Part shown: positions 58,140-64,000 of the stretch, piece by piece
Layout: the number at the start of each line of letters is the position of its first letter
Position numbering within the stretch: position 1 is the stretch's first letter
From: Promethearchaeota archaeon
GTDB taxonomy: Archaea; Asgardarchaeota; Thorarchaeia; Thorarchaeales; Thorarchaeaceae
Direction of reading: 5' to 3'
DNA length: 64,000 bases
Assembly (NCBI GenBank): GCA_014728035.1
Contig: WJMJ01000059.1
Span: 64,001-128,000, forward strand
Made by a program: the position numbers and the translations under genes
Notes under the pieces: generated by a model
The model's input: only the letters and a program-made list of their open reading frames with translations
What the model was told of the DNA's origin: nothing
Database searches by the model: none

Positions 58140-58784
58140 TTGACTAAGAAAGCAAGTACGAAACAGAATGAGCCGGACTTGAGTGAAATCTCGGGGATTG
58201 GACCAAAACTGCAAGAAAGTCTACGTGAGGCAGGATTTGGTTCTGTAAAACAACTTGCTGAAGCAAATCCGGATACATTAGCGAAGGAAGTTGACGGTGT
58301 CGGACAAGCCACCGCTAAGAAGATCATAAAGGCAGCAAAGAAACTTTCCAAAGGAAAGACGGCTACTGGAAAGTCTAAATCCAAGAGAAAGAAGACAAAA
58401 AAACCTGCAAAGAAATCAATTAAAGAACAAATCATTGATGAACTCATTATCGAACTTCAAAGCGCTGACCAGCAGATTGCATTAGGGGCGGTTGACCAGC
58501 TTGCAAGAATAGAGGGGCCCCTCGCAACAGAATGTCTGGTAGATTGTCTTGAGGACAAACGATATATGGTTCGTTTGCAAGCTGCAATGAAACTTGGCGA
58601 GCGTGGCGACAAGAGTGCTGTTGATGGGTTGATAAAATCTCTCTCTGATGAATCCCTTTTTGTGAGGCAAACATCTGCTGGTGCATTAGATACAATTGGT
58701 GGAGCTAAAGCAACAAAGGCAATCCGGAAAGCAGAGGAAGATGGACTACTTATGGGAGACCTTCCAAAAGGAAAGAAATTGTAG
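58140..58784 (+). CDS. Helix-hairpin-helix + Lys-rich linker + HEAT-repeat protein
   Basis: ISGIGPK and DGVGQATA HhH; VR..AA..LG and VRQ.SA.AL..IG HEAT repeats. Confidence 0.75.
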   Translation: MTKKASTKQNEPDLSEISGIGPKLQESLREAGFGSVKQLAEANPDTLAKEVDGVGQATAKKIIKAAKKLSKGKTATGKSKSKRKKTKKPAKKSIKEQIIDELIIELQSADQQIALGAVDQLARIEGPLATECLVDCLEDKRYMVRLQAAMKLGERGDKSAVDGLIKSLSDESLFVRQTSAGALDTIGGAKATKAIRKAEEDGLLMGDLPKGKKL

Positions 58785-58934
58785 GTTTTGAATTGCGATA
58801 TAGATTAACAATCAAGCACAATCGGTAAGCAACTTGCACAATAATATAGTGAGGCAAGAATTCTCGACATGCCGTTCTGCTTATATCCCTATAATACTTA
58901 CATTCTCCATTATAATACTGGAGACTTGAGGAAA

Positions 58935-59471
58935 ATGGGTGATTTGGATTTAGCTGAAATAAAAAGAATTCAGGCAGCTATTCAGGATTTAGATTTGGAC
59001 TATATGAGAGGTTTGGTTGACGAAGAGGAGTACAATACCAAATTAGAGGTTTTGAAGAAAAAATTAGAAGAAGCTGGAGGAGCCACGACCAAGGTTTCCG
59101 CAATCGGAGATACTGAAGAACCCGCTGCTATTACCAGTACTTCACCAACAAAACAAGCAATGACTGACCCTGTCACTGCTGTGAAACAGACCATTCAGAA
59201 AATGAGACGACTTCCTATTGAAAAAATTGCCCAAGAGGCAGGTGTGAGTGCTCTGAATGTAAGCCGTATCTTAAGTGATTTGATCGATGGGCGCGACCTT
59301 TCGGGACGTATAGACCGTGATGCGGGAGACTTCATTTTGGGAACCGGCACGGGTCCTGCACCAAAATCAATAGCTGTATGCCCTTATTGTAAGAAAGACC
59401 TCAAACGTATTGCAGTCAAGGGTGAAACGATAACCTGCGCGACCTGCAGAGAGTCATTCATTGTATCTTAG
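58935..59471 (+). CDS. SHOCT-like + PCI-type winged helix + Zn-ribbon protein
   Basis: GLVDEEEY..K; I..IA...GVS...V..IL..LI....LSGRID; CPYC...CATC. Confidence 0.65.
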   Translation: MGDLDLAEIKRIQAAIQDLDLDYMRGLVDEEEYNTKLEVLKKKLEEAGGATTKVSAIGDTEEPAAITSTSPTKQAMTDPVTAVKQTIQKMRRLPIEKIAQEAGVSALNVSRILSDLIDGRDLSGRIDRDAGDFILGTGTGPAPKSIAVCPYCKKDLKRIAVKGETITCATCRESFIVS

Positions 59472-59556
59472 ACAGAATTGAGTGGACCATTCCTATGAAA
59501 GAACGAATTTGGGGATGTTCAGTTTTCAGCATATTGATATCCATCGGTGATAAATC

Positions 59557-60822
59557 ATGAGCCTCTTTCAAACAATCATCAAGTGTGATGAATCAAAATC
59601 TGCCAAGATTGCTAGTGAGATGATAGAGAGAGGCCGTCCGATAGCACTTTGGATAGTTATGATGCATGCTGCAGCATGGCATGAACAACGTACATACGAT
59701 ACACCGCATTCAACTATTGCCACATACGCGACTCATAGAATGGTAGAAGAGCTAGGCCCTAATGCAGACATCCTTTCCGAAGAATCCGACAGGGCATCTA
59801 TCAATGTTCCAGAGGAACTAAGAATTACTCTTCAAAAAGCACTTGTTGAACGAAATGCTCTTCATTTGGCAGCGATTGACCACTGGAAAAATGAACATGG
59901 GCCTAGGTATACCGTCGATGCTAGAAGAGATAGCCCTAACAATCTTATTCACAGCTATACTCAGTCGATTAGAGAAAAAAGCCTGATGGGCTCCTTGAGA
60001 GCTGCTTTTAGTCTTACCACATACGGTGAAACTCTTCGATTTACTCGTCGAGCTCTCACTCTTGCAGCAGAAAAACCTGACTCACTTGGACATGGATTCA
60101 TTATGCCTTTTTCTTTGCTTTCCGAACTTCCAGAGGCAAAGTTCTCACTTCCACACAAAGCAATACTATGGCACCTCTCAGAGTATATGGTTCGAAAAGT
60201 GCCTAATAAACAGCCAGAGGATTTCCAATCTGAAGGGGTTGATAAGAAACTCGCAGCCCGCTCCGATTTATCAAATCATACTAAATTGGTTACAAATGCA
60301 ATTGTAAATTATGGCATTTTGGGGCACAACGGAATATTTGCTCATCGTATAGATGAAGCAGCCAGAAAAGGACTAGTAGATCAAAAGGTAATGACTTGGT
60401 TGATTGATAGACTTAAACAGAATGTGGGAGAAACAAAGGAACTCGACAAACTTGAACCCTCACTGTTGATTCAAAAAACTCAAGGGGCTACATGGGAGAA
60501 GACACCAAGTTTTATTGAGGTGCCTCACGCACAAACAGTACGAAAATGGTTTGAAAACAATTATGCGGATTATTGGACTGCACTATTTGATGCCAAATCA
60601 ATTACTTTTGAAGAATTGATACAAGATATCAAAGGAAACGACTGGGATTTAATACGCGCTGCTCAATTTGCAATGTGTTCGCTAAATGGAAGCCCCAATG
60701 CATCACATGTTGTCATCTTCACTCAAGCTGTTTGGAATCTAGTGGACAAGAAGTTAGTATCAAATAAATTGGCAGCTTTGCAGGTTCACAGAATGCTTAG
60801 AGAGTACTTGAAAGGGCGATAA
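59557..60822 (+). CDS. Hypothetical all-alpha protein with repeated His motifs
   Basis: PHSTI, GHGFI, GHNGI, SHVVI at regular spacing. Confidence 0.55.
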   Translation: MSLFQTIIKCDESKSAKIASEMIERGRPIALWIVMMHAAAWHEQRTYDTPHSTIATYATHRMVEELGPNADILSEESDRASINVPEELRITLQKALVERNALHLAAIDHWKNEHGPRYTVDARRDSPNNLIHSYTQSIREKSLMGSLRAAFSLTTYGETLRFTRRALTLAAEKPDSLGHGFIMPFSLLSELPEAKFSLPHKAILWHLSEYMVRKVPNKQPEDFQSEGVDKKLAARSDLSNHTKLVTNAIVNYGILGHNGIFAHRIDEAARKGLVDQKVMTWLIDRLKQNVGETKELDKLEPSLLIQKTQGATWEKTPSFIEVPHAQTVRKWFENNYADYWTALFDAKSITFEELIQDIKGNDWDLIRAAQFAMCSLNGSPNASHVVIFTQAVWNLVDKKLVSNKLAALQVHRMLREYLKGR

Positions 60823-61034
60823 GTCCTAGTTTGATATATGACAGGATATTTCCATTCTCTACCTAGAGGACTGATTTATCTTCTAGGATAATGTGTATAC
60901 AGTCTTCGATTGGAACGGGATCAATAAGAACGTGGTATTTACCATCGTTTTTGATCATTCATTCTAGTTCTAGCAGCAATAGGGGGAATGAAAACAAAAT
61001 AGAAAAAAGAGAGGATAAAACCTCTCTTCATCAA

Positions 61035-62603
61035 TTACTCCTTCTCGTCGCCTAGCTTGTATGATTCGGCTAGCAAATCAGGGATGTAACGTGTCTTTAT
61101 CTCAGTACCTTTCAAAATGTCCTTAATCTGAATAGTACAGAATGGACACTCTGTTGTGATCATATCAGCACCAGTATCTTCGATATAGCCCTTCTTTGTA
61201 GTGGCTATCTTCATAGATAACTCACGCTGGCCAGCACGGACTCCTCCACCAGCACCACAGCAACGATTCTTGTATGGGTCTTCAACATATTCAACACCCG
61301 GAATCAACTTGAGAAGTTCGATTGGTTGATCAATAACGCCCTGACCTCTACCGAGATGACAAGGTTCGTGATAGGTAATCTTCATCTTAATCTCACCTTT
61401 GGGTTTGACAATGTTTTCCTTACCAATCACATCAAGCATGTATTCTGCCATGTCATAGACTTTGAACTTTGGTGCTTCGCCTCTTTCATCCTCGATAAAT
61501 GGACGGTGGTCCTCACGAAGTGTCTTTCCACAGCCTGCACATGCCACAACAACCGTATCAAGATTGTACTTTTCAGATATTTTCTCAAAAATTTCTGTGA
61601 CTCGTCTAGCAGCATCTTGAGCTGTGTGTAAGTCACCAGTTCTAAATGCGGGACTAGCACAACACCATTGCTCTTTTGGTACAATGACATCAATGCCATT
61701 TCTGTTCAAGACATCAATGAGTGCTTTTCCAGTACTCTGCATTCTGTAGTCTATAAGACATCCAGTAAAGAATGCCACCCGACCACGAGGATTTTTGACG
61801 AGAAACTCTTCGGTATCAATCTCTTTCAGTAAGGGTATATCCTTTTCAGGCACAGCTCTACCCGTTTGTTTGATTTGATCAATGAATCCTTGTTGTCCCG
61901 ATGCTAATGGATATCCGGCCTCAACAGCCTTAGCTCGCAAAAGCTCAACTGCAAGAGCGGGAATATCTATACTTTTTGGACAGATATCAGTACACATCTT
62001 ACATGTTGTACAGCTATAAACCGACTCGTTCATTGACATGGCGATTCGGTCCTCAACATCACGTGGGTCAAGCTCCAATCTTGCAAGCTGTCGGATAATC
62101 ATTGGGCCTGGATAGTCCCATGTTTCAGCTACAATTGGACAGTTAGACAGACATGCGCTACATTCGATACACTTTCGAATCTCACGAAGTTTTTCGATAG
62201 AGTCAGAATGCATGATTTCTGGATATTGTTCAGGTAGTTTATCACGGGCAACATAAGGTCGAATTCTACGAATTCTATATGTTACTTGAGAGATATCGTT
62301 CACAAGGTCTTTTATGATGGGGAGTTTCTCCAAAGGTTCTAGAACAAGTTTTTCTTCTGGATTTACCTTTGTTCTGCAAGCAATTCTTGCAGTACCATTT
62401 ACTCTAACAGCACAGGATCCACATTGACCACCACGGCACTCCCACCGGAATGCAAGACTTGAATCGAACTTATCCTGAATAAAGAGAAGAGCATCCAAGA
62501 CAGTCATTCCAGGCTCATATTCCACATCAAAATCCTGAAAGTATGGTTCATCATCGAGGTCCGGATTGTATCGCTGAACGCTAGTCTTAATTGTTTTAGT
62601 CAT
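61035..62603 (-). CDS. tfrB: Thiol:fumarate reductase subunit B (FrdB-like Fe-S domain + CCG domains)
   Basis: CRGGQCGSC, CIECSAC, CTTCKMC; CCAS, ACAGC, YHEPCHL, CCGAGGG, CPFC. Confidence 0.9.
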   Translation of the reverse strand: MTKTIKTSVQRYNPDLDDEPYFQDFDVEYEPGMTVLDALLFIQDKFDSSLAFRWECRGGQCGSCAVRVNGTARIACRTKVNPEEKLVLEPLEKLPIIKDLVNDISQVTYRIRRIRPYVARDKLPEQYPEIMHSDSIEKLREIRKCIECSACLSNCPIVAETWDYPGPMIIRQLARLELDPRDVEDRIAMSMNESVYSCTTCKMCTDICPKSIDIPALAVELLRAKAVEAGYPLASGQQGFIDQIKQTGRAVPEKDIPLLKEIDTEEFLVKNPRGRVAFFTGCLIDYRMQSTGKALIDVLNRNGIDVIVPKEQWCCASPAFRTGDLHTAQDAARRVTEIFEKISEKYNLDTVVVACAGCGKTLREDHRPFIEDERGEAPKFKVYDMAEYMLDVIGKENIVKPKGEIKMKITYHEPCHLGRGQGVIDQPIELLKLIPGVEYVEDPYKNRCCGAGGGVRAGQRELSMKIATTKKGYIEDTGADMITTECPFCTIQIKDILKGTEIKTRYIPDLLAESYKLGDEKE

Positions 62604-62614
62604 TTTTTTACCTC

Positions 62615-64000
62615 CTACGGGGGTGTGATCTTGGTGATCACTAAATCCTCCTTCTTCAGTTCCATCTTGCCATTCTTACCCTTTCGAATCACTATGTTAT
62701 AGTAACCCGTTTCGTTAGGATCAGCATCAACTCGATAATGTGCTCCACGATTGCCTTTTCTCATGAGGGCAGCTTCTGCAACCATTCTAGCTGTTGTAAC
62801 CATATGGACAAATTCCATTGCTTGATGCCAGCCAGGATTGAATCTCTTTACTGGCACATCGACTTTAATCTTGGGTACTACTTCTTTTTCAATCCGACGT
62901 AGTTCTTTTACTGCCTCAGCCATATCTTCTTCATTTCTGAATATTTGTACCTTTGACCACATTAGGTCTGTGAGTTCATCACGAGCATCAGCAGGAGAGA
63001 TACCATCTTTCCGCTGAAGCATAGCTTCAAGGCGTTCAAATTCTTTGATAGCAGTATCTCTGTCTACTCCAAGATGCTTGTTCTCTTTTGCATACTTGGC
63101 TGCACTCTCACCCGATAATGCTCCAAAGACTTGAGTGTCTGCTAGTGCATTTCCACCAAGGCGATTGCCACCATGGACTCCTCCTGTGCATTCACCTGAG
63201 GCAAATAAACCAGGAATATTCGTTCCTGCTTTTTCATTAATTTTTAGTCCACCCATAAAGTGATGTGCGGTTGGTGAAACCTGCATTGGTTCTTCACGGA
63301 TATCTACACCAGCATCTTCAAACTGTTCAATCATACTTTCAAGTCTAAACTCTACAATCCTCTTTGGAAGGTGTGCAATTGAAAGATAGGCTCCACCATC
63401 CGGTGAACCTCTTCCTTCGAGTACCTCAGTCATAATCGACCTGGCAACCTGGTCTCTTCCTGCAAGCTCCATTACATCAGGATAGTACCGTTTCATGAAA
63501 CGTTCGCCTTCACTATTGAGAAGAATTCCTCCCTCTCCACGAACTGCTTCTGTGACCAATCGGCCTTTAGCAGATTCGGGTTTGACCATTCCTGTTGGAT
63601 GAAATTGCACCATTTCCATGTCGATCATTTCACAGCCTGCTTCATAGGCCATTCCATATCCATCACCGACATCGAGTTGAGCATTAGAGGTGACTTTGTA
63701 AATTCGACCAGCTCCACCAGTAGCCATTACAACAGATTTGGCTCTAAAGACGAGATAATCACCATACTTCAAGTCAACCGCACATACACCTGCGATTTTA
63801 CCATCAGTAACAAGAAGCTTGGTTGCAAAGACCTCATCAAAAACACGGACTGAAGTCTTTCTAATAGCTTCTGTAAGAGTGACCATAATCTCAGAACCCG
63901 TTCGATCTGAGGCATAAGCAGTTCTTCGCCAGGACTGTTTACCAAAGGGACGTTGAGCGATTTTTCCCTCTGGGGTTCTGTCAAAAACAGCACCCATATC
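62615..64000 (-). CDS. tfrA: Fumarate reductase/succinate dehydrogenase flavoprotein (TfrA), N-terminus beyond window
   Basis: QFHPT, TEAVRGEGG, HHFMGG, HGGNRLGGNAL, RGAHYR. Confidence 0.92.
   Translation of the reverse strand, partial: DMGAVFDRTPEGKIAQRPFGKQSWRRTAYASDRTGSEIMVTLTEAIRKTSVRVFDEVFATKLLVTDGKIAGVCAVDLKYGDYLVFRAKSVVMATGGAGRIYKVTSNAQLDVGDGYGMAYEAGCEMIDMEMVQFHPTGMVKPESAKGRLVTEAVRGEGGILLNSEGERFMKRYYPDVMELAGRDQVARSIMTEVLEGRGSPDGGAYLSIAHLPKRIVEFRLESMIEQFEDAGVDIREEPMQVSPTAHHFMGGLKINEKAGTNIPGLFASGECTGGVHGGNRLGGNALADTQVFGALSGESAAKYAKENKHLGVDRDTAIKEFERLEAMLQRKDGISPADARDELTDLMWSKVQIFRNEEDMAEAVKELRRIEKEVVPKIKVDVPVKRFNPGWHQAMEFVHMVTTARMVAEAALMRKGNRGAHYRVDADPNETGYYNIVIRKGKNGKMELKKEDLVITKITPP

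Noticed and set aside
1-64000. CRISPR arrays, rRNA genes, transposases, integrases, inteins
   Set aside because: No regularly spaced repeats or recognisable motifs seen; AtpA and SMC are of normal length.

Overview
Gene-dense archaeal chromosomal segment, most likely an Asgard archaeon (Thorarchaeia-like). This is inferred from a Sec23/24-type Zn-finger+vWA protein, four roadblock/LC7 proteins, an MglA-type GTPase, a PCI-like winged helix, L35Ae and TfrAB. Most of the window is housekeeping: tRNA modification, ProS, SRP54, ribosomal proteins, A/V-ATPase A/F, SMC-ScpAB, ADP-forming acyl-CoA synthetase, HypA/E and a partial GlyA missed by the ORF track. RNA genes read directly from the sequence are four tRNAs (Lys and Asn with two introns each, Glu with one, intronless Ile2-type CAT) and a box C/D guide sRNA complementary to conserved LSU rRNA motifs. 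The two most interesting loci are (1) a secreted linalool dehydratase/isomerase-family protein coupled to an ECF S-component, near a phytol/prenol-kinase-family gene and isopentenyl phosphate kinase, which may be an isoprenoid-alcohol scavenging system, and (2) a roadblock-MglA-Sec23/24-like cluster. No CRISPR array, rRNA or transposase was recognised. All family assignments come from motif recognition, not database searches.
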